A DNA stretch of 64,000 nt from Camelus dromedarius (Eukaryota), in assembly GCF_036321535.1 (NCBI RefSeq), contig NC_087447.1, positions 42,100,001 through 42,164,000 on the forward strand. Direction: 5' to 3'. A program made the translations under genes and the position numbers. Below, in pieces: positions 1-13,025 of the stretch (position 1 is the stretch's first letter; each line of letters opens with the position of its first letter). The notes under the pieces were generated by a model. It made no database searches, had not been told where the DNA came from, and saw only the letters and a program-made list of their open reading frames with translations.

Positions 1-2758
1 TGGCCAAGTGTTCTGTCTCTACCAGCGCCTAGTAACATGCCAGAAACTGTTTCTCAAAAGGTGTGTATCCCTCCGTTGCTGAGAGCATGGCCTTGCCGTG
101 GAATCCCAGGGGCCTGCTCTGATTCTCCCACTGGGACTTCCCGTAAGCGCCATATCTTTCCCTTTCCCACTACTGACACTTCCAACACCGGAGAGTCTGC
201 CAAACTGCATGACCCATTGGCAGGACCTGGACCTTCTGCAGTGACTCTTCCTGTCACCTACCTACAGCTGGCAGCCTTCCACATCACCCAGAATTGTGCT
301 GCCTCTAATCACAAAGAGGGTTACCAGCCACTGTGCGTTCTTCACCATAGTACAAGATAAAAGAGGCAGCAATTTCTTTTACTTGGGAGGGGATATGCTG
401 GCGTACCACTGAACCCCTTAAAAACTTCCTTGAAGTGGCAGGTCCTTGAGTCTTCATAGGTTTATATGCCACACCCCAGACTGCACGTTATTCCCCCATG
501 GCTTCCAGCATAGAGGCACCTCTTGCCCATCCTGTCCAATCAGCACAGTGTCGTCGATGTAATGGACCGCTGTGAGGTTCTGTGGGATAGCCACGTGGCC
601 CGGACCTCTTGGGGTTCGATTATGACAGAGGGAAAGTCCGTTAACGTGGCCCTGAGGCAAAACTGTAAATGAGTATTGTTGTTCATCCCATGTGAATGTG
701 AATTGTTCCTGATCCTCTTTTCAAATTGGAATGGAAAAGAATGCATTCGCCAAATGCCTGCCAACCACATACCCAAGGCCTTATTAATCAGCTCTAGCAA
801 TGATCCCACGCCCGGCACAGCAGTTGCAAACAGGACTACTACTTAGTTAAGCCTGAGGCAGTCCACCGCCTACCTCCAGCATCCGTCCCATTTCTGCAAA
901 GGTTGGACTGGTGAATGAAAAGGAGAAATGGTAGGGCCACCACCCCTTCGTCCTTTATTAATGGTTCATTCACTTCTGCCATGACCCCTGGGAGGAGATG
1001 CTATTTTTTCCTACTACCTTGAGCAGGGTAAGGGAGTACAGAGAAAGCCGTTTCAGAAGTTTCCACTTGGCCCTCTCTGCTGTGATATGACAGTCCTACC
1101 CAGTGGGCCAGGCACCCAGCGTGGGGTCACTCCAATTATGAATTCTAATTGAACACTTGGGTACAAGGGACTGCTGGGTGGGTTGTGGACCCAGCGAGCC
1201 TACTGCAAGCCAAACCTTTGCCAGGATTCCATGTACTCTAGGCCCTGCTCTGAAAAAGGGCCTGTGATGAAGCTTTGAGTCTCCAGTTGTTAATGTCAAC
1301 TCAAACTCTGTGTCTACTGATGCCCTTTCTCTAGTGAACAGTCAATAAAAGGCCACAGACCTCCGGGGAAAAACTGGGAATCATCATGATACACCCTGGC
1401 TGGTTTCGCAGGGCCCTTCCTCCTAGAGACCTGGCCACCTCTTCAGTTATGGGTTCCATATCTGAAAACGGGCTCGGGTCTGGGAACTTAGCAAGGGACC
1501 GTGACTTTCTGTTGCCCCTACTTCCTGCTCCTCCATTCCTGTCTGCTTTCCTGCATGTAGATATTCAGCAGAGCCTACTGGCTACCAGTCTGTTTTGTCC
1601 CTAGGGACACCGGGCTCTGTTCACCATCTCCACACTGTCTGCGAGGCAATCCCCCTTACCTGCCCCTCTGTCCCTGCCTGTCATTACTGGCCTTGTGTAA
1701 TACATCATTCCAGGTGCCCCCTTTCCTCAGCTACTGTAAATTTCTCCTCCTCCTTCTGCCCAGGGAACTTGGGTATTTCCACTTCACTGAGTGCTGGACA
1801 CTTTTTCCAGATTTCTAAGAGAGTCTGCCCCATCCGTTGGTGTCCTAGCTAGGGTATTAGATCTTGTGTGTCCTCAAGTCAATGGCCTCTTGCTTATCCA
1901 GTCTTCAGTTCCAGCCCCCTCAATCAAGCTCTCTCAAAATCCAATCTCAGGAGCATCCCCTGCCCCTGCCAGTATCCATGATAGCTCCTGTTCTTTCATG
2001 GGATGGTGTCTTCCTGCCCTCAGACCCAGCCTAACCCCAGCCAGATTATTCTGCAGTTCAACCCTAATCATTGTCCTTGGCAGCCAGGAGACGAAGCAGG
2101 GGCAACTACCGGGAGGGTACCCGTTGCCCAATAGCTGCCCATCCTCCAGTGCAGCAGAGGGGGCAGCTCTCACAAGGGTGGGCAGGCGACCCCTGCAAGC
2201 CCAGAGGGTCAGGGAAGCCGCAGCTCCAACGACCTCAGGGCCGCCATGCGGATATCTTTAGCTCAGGCTTCAGGGTTCCAGATTCCACCCCCATGGCCCG
2301 ACCCTCACACAGCTCCCTTGGCTGAGCGCTCAGACTTACTATCTGGACCTCTGCAACTAACGCTCGTCTTCCCCTGCACTCAGTTGCATCTGTTCTCTGC
2401 TGCCAGAGATAAGGGCCTCTTTGTGGGCCACCCGAGGCTCCCGCTGTCACACTCCCCGACTGGCTGCTTGTTGGTGGCCCACAGTCCTCCTTCCTCCCTC
2501 TGCAGGGCGTCAGGAGTGAGCAGTAACCAGCCCATCTTGTGAAGGCAACATCCCCTCCCTATTTTTCAAACGCCTGCCACAGAATTCCTCTCCTCTAGGA
2601 AATCTTCCGAGGCCCTCACCAGAGAGATAGTATTTGAGCTGCTACCTGCTCTAGGGACCATCTGGGGCCTCTACCAACAAGGATGGCATCCTCCTGTCTC
2701 TCGCCTCTGAGTGAGACAGTCCAATCCCCGTCCTACCACTGTTTCGTCAGACCACTTA
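1..2758 (-). mobile_element. Decayed ERVL (class III) provirus internal region (gag-pro-pol remnants), continuing beyond the left edge
   Basis: Minus-strand fragments read ...AVHYIDDTVLIG (RT YIDD motif, ORF 454..660) and PGVGSLLELINKALGMW (ERVL RT). Near 1290-1320 they read VDTEFELTLTTGDSK, a degenerate version of the protease motif DTGSELTLIPGDP. Many frameshifts and stops. Confidence 0.85.
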
Positions 2759-3130
2759 TGTTAGTTCTGGTCCTTGAGGAAGTAGACAGGAAGACAGGAT
2801 TCTGTGTGCAGGAGATTTCTAGGTGAACAGCTGGGAGGGCAGCTGGGTGGAACATCAGACTGTGATGGAGGTTCACCCCTATGAAGGAGACACGGAAGGA
2901 TGGAAGACGGGGCAGAAGAGTCTTAGTTCAGATCCAAGAACCAACAAGGCCAATGGGAGTCCTCATGCCAAAAATGCCTGTTGGGGAGGCTGGCATCTGC
3001 CAAGAAGGGGCCTGTCTTAGTCATCAGCTGTGAGCAGCCCGTGGGCCAGGGAGCAAACAGTGACGGATATCCGAGCACAGCAGTGGGGGCCAGTCTGAAA
3101 CCTAAGAGGTGCATTTTCACAGCCACCACC
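2759..3130 (-). mobile_element. 5' LTR of the ERVL provirus (LTR16-like)
   Basis: On the minus strand it starts GGTGGTGGCTGTGAAAATGCACCTCT and ends ...CCAGAACTAACA, directly abutting the internal region. Resembles the recalled LTR16-group consensus. Confidence 0.65.
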
Positions 3131-3494
3131 AAAGGTCTAGCCAGTTATCCCTTTTGGAGCCCTGGACTCGAAGTAACAAAGGTGTCAGCCTTGTCCACCT
3201 GAGGTCCGTTCACACTGAAGCTTCTGCCCTGTCACCTACTGGCTCTTTGGCGGTTCCTAACTTCTCTGAGCCTCATTTTCCTCGCCTATAAAGTGAGAGT
3301 GAAAACTATAATATGTGAAAGTCCCCGACACAAAACGGATTCTCAAAAAATTGTTAGTTGAATCATGTATTCAACAAATATGTAATGAACACCTAGCTCA
3401 GGCTGGCCACTGTTCTGCTCCCGAGAGGTGTGCAGATGGCTCAGACACAGCACAGGCCCAGAGCCCACGGATGAAAGAAGGGACAGACCATCTC

Positions 3495-3955
3495 TGATGT
3501 GCAGAATCAGGTCCCCACCACACACCCGAGATGCTCACGTCCTCATCCCTGGAACCCGTGAACATGCTGCCTGACATGGCAAAGGTAAACTAAGGTTGCA
3601 GATGGAATTAAAGCTGCTAATCAGCTGACCTTGAAAGACTACCCCACACAGGCCCAGTGTCATCATAAGGGTCCTTTTAAGTGGAAGAGGGAGGCAGAAG
3701 CGAGCTTCAGAGTGACATGACCTGAGAAAGACTCAGTCAGCCACTGGTAGCTTTGAAGACAGAAGGGGCCCTGAGCCAAGGAGTGTGGGCAGCCCTGGAA
3801 GCTGGGAAAGCCTCCGGAAGGAACACAGTCCTGCTGATACCTTAATTTTAGGCCAGTGAGACTTCTGACCTCCAGAACTGTAAGATGACAAATCCTTTGT
3901 GTTAAGCCACTAAGTTTGTAGTAATTTGTTACAACAGCAACAGGAAACTATCACA
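3495..3955 (+). mobile_element. MaLR solo LTR (MLT1D-like)
   Basis: Contains characteristic MLT1 motifs: gttgcagatggaattaaagctgctaatcagctgacctt, gacttctgacctccagaactgtaaga, and the end aagccactaagtttgtagtaatttgttacaacagcaacaggaaact. Confidence 0.85.
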
Positions 3956-4976
3956 GCATCACACAGAGGAACTACCACGATTCATGCAATGACAGAGGTG
4001 TGTGCAGGACACAGGAGCCAGGACAGGGACATGAGACAGGGGATAGCCCAGGAGAGGTGGGAGGGAGGCAGAGGGCAGAGGTGCTATGGAGGATGTGGGC
4101 TCGGGGGGCTGGGCTGGGCAGGGAGTTTCTGCAAGGCCCTGAGAGGGGCACTCACACACTTGCCAACACACAGTCCTGACACAGACAACAGACAAGGGTG
4201 TGCATGTTTACAAACATACGCTTTTACGTGTACACACCCTACTGACAGAGGAACTAACACATGCAGGCGCTGTTGGGCACAGCCCACCCACTGCCTAGAT
4301 TCCACTTGTTTTAGGTGACCATGCTCAGCATTCGCATTTCCTGGGGACAGCAGAGTTTAGCAGGTGGGGCTGGGAGCCCCGGCCATGACCCCATCACTTC
4401 TGGCCGGAAGTTACGTCTCTGCCCAGGGCCTCAATGTGAGGAGCCAGGATCAGCCTTGACAAGGGGCACATCCCCCCACACCTCCAACTACAGGACGGAA
4501 CCTACTACGAGTGGGCCCACCACCCCAAACTATGGTGTGTCCACCATTCATTCACTCCACATGAGTTCACTGATGTTTGCTGGGTGCTGATGCCTCTTCT
4601 GGCTAGTTTGGACCGCAACATAGCCAGAACAGCTATTATCCAGACCTGCAAAGATGGTATCTTGTGTACTCAGAGCCGTGACTGGGTTGGGATAGCTAGG
4701 GGCCTGCGGAAAGATGGGAGGGGATCCTAGACCAGCCCTGGGGATCGGAGAAGACTTCCCTGAGGAACTGACATTGATGCTGAGTTCATAGATGCAGAGG
4801 TAGCCAGAGGAGGGCAGAGAACGGTAGGTAAGCCAGGTATTGATGCGTGTTTAGAAAGATCTCCTGGTGAAGAATGCACGGGGCAGCGGGAAGAGCAGAC
4901 AGTGGGGCTGCACAGACGTGGAAGCCTCAGAGACGTGCCTGAGGTGCATCTGTAGGACTTGGGGCCTGCCTAGGAT

Positions 4977-5171
4977 GGGGGGGGGGGGGGCAGTCAGGAC
5001 TGTCAGGTTGCTGCCTGGGACACCTGAAAACGGCCCTGGCCTCAGAGTCAAGTGCTGGGAGAGGGTGAAGGATGGCTGGACTGAGCACAGAGGCCCTGGG
5101 CCTGCCTCCCCAAGAGGCCACGTGATGCTCAGGGGGAAGGCAGCACTTCCACGCTCGGGGGGGGGGGGGGG
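4977..5171 (+). repeat. Two G homopolymers (G14 at 4977-4990, G15 at 5157-5171)
   Basis: Read directly from the sequence. Confidence 0.9.
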
Positions 5172-7669
5172 CAGGGGCAGTGCCCCACAGTGTCAGGCAA
5201 GAGACCCTCTGCCCAAGTCACAGGCCCACCGCACAGCTTGCTGGAAAGAAACCGAGTAGCCCTGCCCTGCTTTGCAGCTAAAAGGCCAATAGTTTAGAAA
5301 AGCTAACTGACCTGCCCAAGGTCACACAGTAGCTTTGATGGAGCCAGGTTTGGACCCAGGCTCATGTGACTGTGTTCCGGGCTCGCCCTTCTTAGCCATC
5401 ACTCCTCCACCAGGCTGGGAACCTGTGACCTGTCTTCCACTTGGCCTGGCCAGGCCACTTAGAGGTCATTCGAGGCCAGGAGCATACCTCCATGGCCTCA
5501 CCCTCCTGGGGACTGGACAGGACATGAAGTTCCCTCTGTGAGTGGAGTGAGCTGGGGTCCTCCAGGGGGAGGACAGAGGGGCGCTCAGCTGACTCAGAGC
5601 TCTCACACCCAGCCCACAGCTAGACCACCCGAGAAGCAGGCATCCCAGTCTGGAAGCGAGGGTTCCTGCTCCCTCCAAGAGGAGCAGAGGCCTAGCTCAC
5701 TTGTTGCCCGCTGTCACAGAGCTCAGCAAAGCTGGGCCTTCCAGGAAACGCAGGCCTGGCCAGAAGAAACAGAGTTCAGGGCTTAGAACCAGGATGCTCA
5801 CATGATCCTGGTGAGATCTGGTCCTGTCTGAGCCTCTGTTTCCTCGTCTGAAGTGTGAGGCTGGGCTCATTTATCCCCAGGCTGCAGCAGCTGTGACGGT
5901 GATGGTCTTTTTTGCATCTGCTCTACAGTCCCTGGCCCCCTTCCAGCCTAAGCGTTGGACAGCAGATGCCTGATCCCTGCAGGGAGCCCCCAGCTCTGGC
6001 CTCAGCACATCCACCTCCTCACTCCCTGCAGGTCCCCCGAGGTCCAGCGCGGCCCCAGCCAGAGGAATGTGCACCATTCCCGGCATCTCCTCCCCTGTGG
6101 CCAGCCTGGAGAGGAGCTGGGGCCTCCGGGCCATCCTGACAGGAAATTAGCTGGGCCTGGCCTTCCCCATTACCAGCTGCTCCGCTGACCCTGACCCTGT
6201 GTTTTCCGAAACCTGATACTGCAAATTTCACAGCCTCTTCTCCGTTCCCTAGGAGGCCTGGCTGAGTTCTGTGCCTAAAGGGCCCATCCAGCCTGCATGC
6301 AGGGCTGCCTTCCTGTGACTCCAGCCCCTGCTGTGACCCCAACCCGCCCCACCTCTCTGGGGGAGGCCTCCCATTGCTGAGCCCTGAGGCAGAGTCCGAG
6401 TGTGGAGCGGCTACAACATGCAAAAGAGTGGGAGGCACGTAAGAGAGGATGTGGGGAGGCCACTTAAGAGGATTTTGTGGTCCAGGGAAGAATGACGGTG
6501 GTTTGGATTCGGATGGGACAGTGAAGATACAAAGAACCGTACAGAATCCAAAGTGACTGAGGCAATAAGATGGAAAGAGACTGGTCATCTGGCCGGGGAA
6601 GCCGAGGGGGAGAGGTCAAAGGACCCCTGGGTTTCTGAGGGACACAGCTGGCCGTGCCTTTCACGGAGATGGTGACCCCTGAAGGCTGGCCAGGGCTGCA
6701 GCAGGAGGGGACAGGATGGTAAGCTTGGCCTCGGGCATGTGGAGGTGCCCTTCGGATGGCCTTGTGATCATTTGGACACAGTGAGGGAGGAGATGGAAGT
6801 GCACATTTGGGAGGCAGAAGAGCAGAGATGGTCATCTGAGCCGAGACACAAGGACAAGAGCTTAGAGTGGGGAGAGCCAGGCTGCGCCTGCAGGACATGC
6901 TGCCGACGGGCTGGCGGGGACAGACCTGGCAGGTGTGAGGGGTGGCCAGGGATGCAGAGAGAAGCTGGGCAACATGGTGCCACGCATGGAATGGAGAAGA
7001 GTGCTCGGATGACTGGACAGCCAGGAGGAGGAGGGCTGGAAAGCAGGCTGAGCACGCAGGGTCCCCACTTCACGTGTACCTGCTTACTGTCTCTCCCTTT
7101 AGAAAGCACACTGCGCGAGGCGGCAACTTCTTGCTTGCGGTCTATTTTTCAGCACATAGAAGCACTGTTGATGTACAAATAGTCACTTGATAAAAACTTG
7201 CGGAAAGAAGGAGCAAGGGTGGCTGAGAGGACAGTGGCTTGGCTGTGAAGAGGAAACCAAGCTGGCTCAGAGAGGAATGAGGGAGGGGGCTCCTAAGAGC
7301 TGGGCGGCCAGACAGAGCTGCTCAAGACACGGGGAGGAGCACCAGGTCCAATCTTCGTGAGGCCCGGACATCAGTGGGGTCTGTAAGATGCCCAGGTAGC
7401 CTTATAATCGTCCCCTGCCCCTTTCTTGATGACAGGTGGGGGTTTTTGTTCCTTGCAACCAAAATAGCCTTGACTTCCACCCACCCACCCGAGTCTCCAC
7501 CCCTACATCAGCCTCCCTATCAGCTAAACATCTAATCATCTGTCTACAAATCAAACAGTGCACAGGCTCCTCCAGCCCTACAAGCATCCATCAGCCTAGA
7601 GTCCAGGAATCCACCCATCAGCAATTAACCAACTGTCCCGCCACACAGTAGCCTTTCAAAACACATGGT

Positions 7670-7920
7670 AGAGTGGGGCCAGATTACGAAGGGTCATGAG
7701 CACCAGGCTAAGGCAATCCAGCTTCATTGCTAAACAGCACGAAACTATGGAAGGCTTTTAAGCAGAAAAGTTACATAATCAGACCTGTAATTTAGAAGAA
7801 TTCTGGCAGCTGTGAGCAAGATGGACTAGACAGGGGAGTCTAAAGGCAAAAAGACCAGTTGGGGTAAGACTGCAACATTCTAGATGATGAAATAGGGCAG
7901 TGGCTAGAGAAAGAAGAGTC
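7670..7920 (-). mobile_element. LINE-2 remnant
   Basis: ggaaggcttttaagcag...atcagacctgtaatttagaagaattctggcagctgtg resembles decayed antisense L2 sequence; boundaries approximate. Confidence 0.5.
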
Positions 7921-10019
7921 AAGCCTGCCCAGACGGGGGACTGCCTAAGGGCCTTGGTCTGGCCCCCATCAGATGCACCCAGGCACTGTACTGTCCCTGC
8001 CCTCAAGTGGGGCTGTGCTGCCCGCACACCTGGCCCAAGACATGCAGGACAGGTAGTTCCCCGGGGCCCAACCCACAACCAGTCCTTTCTGGGCCCATCT
8101 GCAGAGCCCTCGGTCCTACAGCTGAGCAAGTGACACTGCCAGTGTACACAGTCGCCCACCAGCTCTAGTCTCACACTTCAGCCCTCACTGTGGAAAGCTG
8201 GGGCCTCTTCTCTGTTAATTTTCTCCAACTCCTCAGAGGCTGGGCCTCAGCCCAGTGAAGTCACGGTCTGGGAGGCAGCCCTGGCTCCCAGCCCGCCCAC
8301 GGAGGCTATATTTGGAGCAAGACAACTCCCTGCAGACACAGACTTGGGACCCACCCTGCAGCACTGCCCCAACCCATTTTACCAACTTTCCAAGCAGTGT
8401 GGGTGTCACTCACATTTTCACTTGTTTGTTCATTCATTCGCTTGTTCTCTCATTAACCCATTCCACCAACATTTATTGCCTAAGTGTGACAAGCAGGATA
8501 TATGGTGGGCACGTGGACAGTACATGCGTATATATGGGTTTCTGCATCTAAATAGGAAGGTAAAACGCAGCCCTGGTGCCCTCCCTCAGGGTTCAGCAGT
8601 GCCAATGACTCAGAATCAGGTATGTGTGGCGTCTGTGGGCACCCGTGTGCGTGTGCATGCAGGCACGTGCTCTCTGAGGAGGTAGCTCTGCCTCAGCCCC
8701 ACCCGGGGTCTGTGTGTACCTGCCTGTGTGTGCAGACGTGAGCAGAGGTCCTCGCCCCCCAGCGGGTGGGGGGAGTGGTGGTGACTGACGCAGCTGCACA
8801 AGGTGACTGGGCGCCTGCAGGCCAGCTGTGACTTTATGGCCATGCTCACTTGCCAAGCCAAACAGCCAGTGTTGGGTGCAAATATTCTATACTGAGGAAG
8901 AAGAGGTCCTGAGCAGGAGGGACCCAGCAACCTGAGCACAGCTGTCTGTGCCCCTGAGGGCCTCTGCCTGCCCCTCCACCACAGGTGTAGGACCCTCATC
9001 TCAACCCCTCTGGCCTAGCCTCCTGGAGGCTCCGAGGCCACACCCCACACTGACTCCTCTGTCACCTTCACCCACCAGTCCTAGGTTGGCACAGGTCAGG
9101 TTCCAGGCCCAGAGGTGCAGGGCTGCCAGCCCAATTCATTTCCTACCACACAAAACCCCGTCTGTTTCCACCATGACTGCATCCTTCTCCAACATGAAGC
9201 CAAAAACCTTTTCTGACCTCTGGGGCCCCAGACCTACTGCCTGGGCTGCGGCCCTGTCCCGGCCCCCCACCCCCATCTGCTCCATGTGTGCTCCTTGCCC
9301 TATCTGTGCCTGGCTGTCTCTCTCCTTATCTGTCCCAGGGTCTATCTTTGTCTCTTCTCTAGGCAGGCTGTCTGCAGCAGAGGCTTCACAAGAGCAGGGG
9401 TGCTGACAGGGAGGGGGTGTGGGGAGGACACTCCGTGTCCTTTCTTGGGTCTTATCAGGAAAAGTGAAGTTACTGCTCAGGGTTCAGGCTGGAATTTCGC
9501 CCCATGGCCTTGCTCAGTTTGCTGGGGCCTCCCTGGGGAGAACCCGGGTCAAGCCAGGCAGGAAACAGGCCCCCGCTTGTTGGCTGCTCCTCCTCCATTC
9601 TCACCCACTCTCACCCCAACTGGCAGCCTCCAGCCAAGCGCAGCCACAGAGGGGAGAGGGCTGCTCCTTTCTGAGGCACTTACAGAAACAGGGCTCAGGC
9701 TGTGTGCCCCAGGGGACAGGGGAGGGGGGAGCCATGACCGTGGTGTCTCCGGGTGCCAGCAGGGCCCTCCATGGGCCTCCAAGAGGAAATCCCCCCGGGG
9801 TTGAGGAGGAACGGGGGGCTCCCACCCTCGCCCCTCCGGGCCCCCAGGCCTGGCTGCATTTGCTGGCACATGCACTGCCGGTAATGGCTGGGAGCCGCCC
9901 TGGAGTTGGGACACCTGGGTTTTGTCCCAGATCCGTCGTGGCCTGTGTCCCCTTGGGCAACTGCCTAACTCTCTGAGCCTCACTCTCCTGGTCGGTAAAA
10001 TAGGAAAGCAGCGCCAACT

Positions 10020-10380
10020 TCCCCGGGTGTTGAAGATAAAATGAGCTGGCTGCAGGGCCCCGCGCCTGAGGGCCTCCTCCGACCTCGACAAGCTGCGACC
10101 CGCCGCCCCCTTGCCGGCCCAGGAGCGAGGGGACGCAGCCACAGTGACCCGCCCCACCCGGCCCACGTCTGCCCGCGGAACCCGGAGAGCAGCGCGCCTC
10201 CACCGACTGGGATCTGAGTCCGCGGCACACGCCTGCCCTCTGGCGGCCGCGTCGGTCCCGGCGCCCCGCACCAGGGCATTTGCCCCAAAGCCGGGGACCT
10301 TTCCCTGCCCCTGGGTCTGGGCCCCTAAGGACTTGGTCCAGTGGCTCTGGGTGCAGGATTGTCCATCATCGCGCGGCGGG
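10020..10380. promoter_or_regulatory. CpG island with GC boxes, candidate promoter
   Basis: Dense CpGs (cccgcgcc, cgacccgccgcccc, gcgcgcc, ggcggccgcgtcgg, cgcgcggcggg) in CpG-poor surroundings; Sp1-type CCGCCC motifs. Confidence 0.75.
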
Positions 10381-12052
10381 TTACAGCACAGGATTTTGTT
10401 CCCTTTGCATCCATGCTTTTTCTCCATTTTCCACACTGGATGGGCATTACTTTGTGATAAAAAAACTACAAACGTAACTACTACTTTTTTAATCACATGG
10501 AGAAGGGGTCTCTTCCGCCATCCCCCAAGGGAATTCTGGAAGTTCTGGGTTTTCTAGCATCTCTATTTGCATGAAATCTCCCAGAGATGGCTGGAGGGAA
10601 GGAGACTGGGAGGTGCAGGAGTAGGATGGATGGTCCACCCTCCGTATACTCTAGGATTCAGTTTCTTTAAGAAGAAAGGAAGGGAAACATGTCCCCAACG
10701 CCAGGAGACAGTGAGGCAAATGCCCCCAGTGAGAGGAGAGCTGCGGGTCGGTCCATCAAGCTCTAGCGGCGTCCAGGGGGACTGAATCAGGGGTATATTT
10801 GAGAACAAGGCTTTATTTCAGAAAAGGGCCATTAACAAGCCAGCGTTTACTAAAGGCCTACAGCAGCCCTGAGGAGGCTGCCTGCCCTGCCCAAGCTCTG
10901 GGCTTGCCTTCAAGAGAGCTCATCAAAGCTGAAATGCCAATGGGAACAGCCCCCTCTGGTGTTGAGGGGGTTCAGCAAGAACCTCACATGTGGCCATGGG
11001 GTCAGCAGCCTCTGGGTGAGGCCCTAGCAGAAAAGGCATAAGATCCCTTGAGGGGAAAGCAGAGCCTGGGGGCTCTTGGGGGTCTCCTGGGAGGCAGCCA
11101 CCCCAGGCCCTTGAGATCCACTTCACAGCCTGCTGGGGCCACGCCAATGGCTGGTGTGACTGGGGAAGTGGGAGCCTGGTGGGAGGAGCCTCCATCCCAG
11201 GACCTCACACCTGCCAGTCCGAGGGCAAAATCCCCATTACAGTACCCGCCCCAGCCAAGATGGAAAGCCCCTCACCCCGTGACTTTCTAACAAAATGCAC
11301 TGAGACGAAACATCAGCGGGGAGCGTGTCTCTGCGATGTGGAGAAACCTGAGCAGGTCATGCATCCCTTCACCAGTGTGGGACAGATGGACACTGTGTGC
11401 CTCCAGGTGTGACATGCTGAGGAAGACAAGTCAGCTAGCGGTGCAGGATTCCTCTGAGGATGCAGACTCTGAATCCAACTCACCCAAGGTGCCACCTCAA
11501 GGTAGAACCATGAGTAGAACCCAGGTCTGTGTCACTCTGAAATCCAAGCTCCTTTCCAACTCGGTACTTTCGAAGGCCAAGCACTGACCTGTTAGAATCT
11601 CAGGCTGTGAGGGCAGCCACTGGAGAGAGAAGCCGTTCACGCTGCCCTCTTACCTTAGAGCTAATCATGCTGGGAGAACAGGGCCTTGGGACTCGGGGAT
11701 GAAATCTTCCGCCTCTGCACCTTTTTTGGATTTCTCGTGTATTCCTTGTGAACAAATATTTCAGGCTTAAAAGCCTCCACACAGGAGCAGAGAGCCCAGA
11801 TTGGCAGCGCTGGACACTGATGCTGCTCACGCCTTCTGTGGAAGGAGGGGGTGGGCACAGGCTTTGGGGGACTAATGTGCATGGCGTCCTGGCACCCCTG
11901 AAACCAGCCTGTAGGCTTACAGTTCATCTTCCCAGGGGAACCAGCCCAGAAGGGTGCTGGCTGACCCACCAGGAAGGGCAGAGACCCTGAGAGCAGAGGA
12001 GGGAAAACATGGAAAGTAGGGCCCAGGGAGGGCGTTCTCAGGGACTCATCCT

Positions 12053-12186
12053 GGGAGAGATAGCCGCCAAGATGGCGGAGTAGAAAGGCCTTGAGCTCCC
12101 CTCCACTCAGGAGCACACCAAAACCACAGCTACCCGCAGAACCACCATCAATGAAACACTGGAACCCACCAGAAAAGATCTACAAC
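12053..12186 (+). mobile_element. L1 5' end (first part of the 5'UTR), interrupted at 12186
   Basis: gggagaga...CAAGATGGCGgagtagaaaggccttgagctc...ctggaacccaccagaaaagatc: YY1-motif-bearing start typical of L1 5'UTRs. The same UTR resumes at ~16119. Confidence 0.8.
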
Positions 12187-12401
12187 TGTTGCCAGAACTG
12201 CTCCAAGTCTTTGCTCAAAGACCTCTGCCAGCCCCCACTTTGAGTGTCCTCGCTCAAAACCTGCCAACCCCCCCACCTCCACCTTTAGCAGGAGTGAACA
12301 TAAATCTTTTTTTTTTTCCTCCATAAATCTTTAAGTTAAAGGGTCCAGAGATAAGAAGCTACACACAAAAAAGTAAAAAAACAGACGGAACCAGCTGGGA
12401 C

Positions 12402-12777
12402 TATTAGGTAGCTTAGATAGAAATGAGCACTGGGCAGGGGGAGAGGAAGGGGAAAGGAACAATCCAGAACACAAGGAACCTGAGCTGTCAATCAGCCAGA
12501 GCGCAGGGAACTGAGTTGTCAATCAATTAATCATTCAATCATGAAACCAGATATAAAAATATGAAAAACAAAGGAATGGCGCCATTTTTCCTCTGTTGGA
12601 TTGGCCTGCTCCCCATTCGTGGAAGTGTACTACCTTTCACTATTTTTTGTTTTTTTACTTCACTAATAAAAATCTTGCTTATATCACACTTTTTGTCTCT
12701 CATCAAAAATTCTTTTTTTTTTTTTTTTTGGGTGACTAAGAACCGAGGTAATTCTTATTTCCCTTTTCCTGGTAACA
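12402..12777 (+). repeat. 5' LTR of inner provirus
   Basis: TATTAGG...GGTAACA with TATA box (gatataaaaa, 12550) and AATAAA (~12665); aligns to 14737-15067. Confidence 0.92.
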
Positions 12778-12784
12778 TTAATTT

Positions 12785-12802
12785 TGGTGCTGTGACTCGG
12801 CT
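12785..12802 (+). promoter_or_regulatory. Primer binding site, tRNA-His type
   Basis: TGGTGCTGTGACTCGGCT versus TGGTGCCGTGACTCGGAT, the complement of the tRNA-His(GUG) 3' end (16/18 match), just after the 5' LTR. Confidence 0.85.
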
Positions 12803-13025
12803 GGCGTACTTAAACTTAATCCTTCCTCCTTCATTTCCCTCTCCCTCCCTGTGGCCAGCCAGCAAAGCACAAGCTCCTGGGGCCAGTTGTGGCAGCTTGA
12901 CCAAAAATACAAGGCGTGGTAGGGTGACCAGCCACTGGCTAAACTAAAGGAGATCATTCCAATCAGACCACGGAGATACCCAGCACATGGTAAGACTGTG
13001 GCCGTTTCCCCCTTTCTGGAGTGGA

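Noticed and set aside
9549..10496. 315-aa minus-strand ORF and overlapping long ORFs
   Set aside because: They span the GC-rich CpG island where stops are rare, are open in several frames at once, and are low-complexity G/A/R/P-rich with no recognisable domain.
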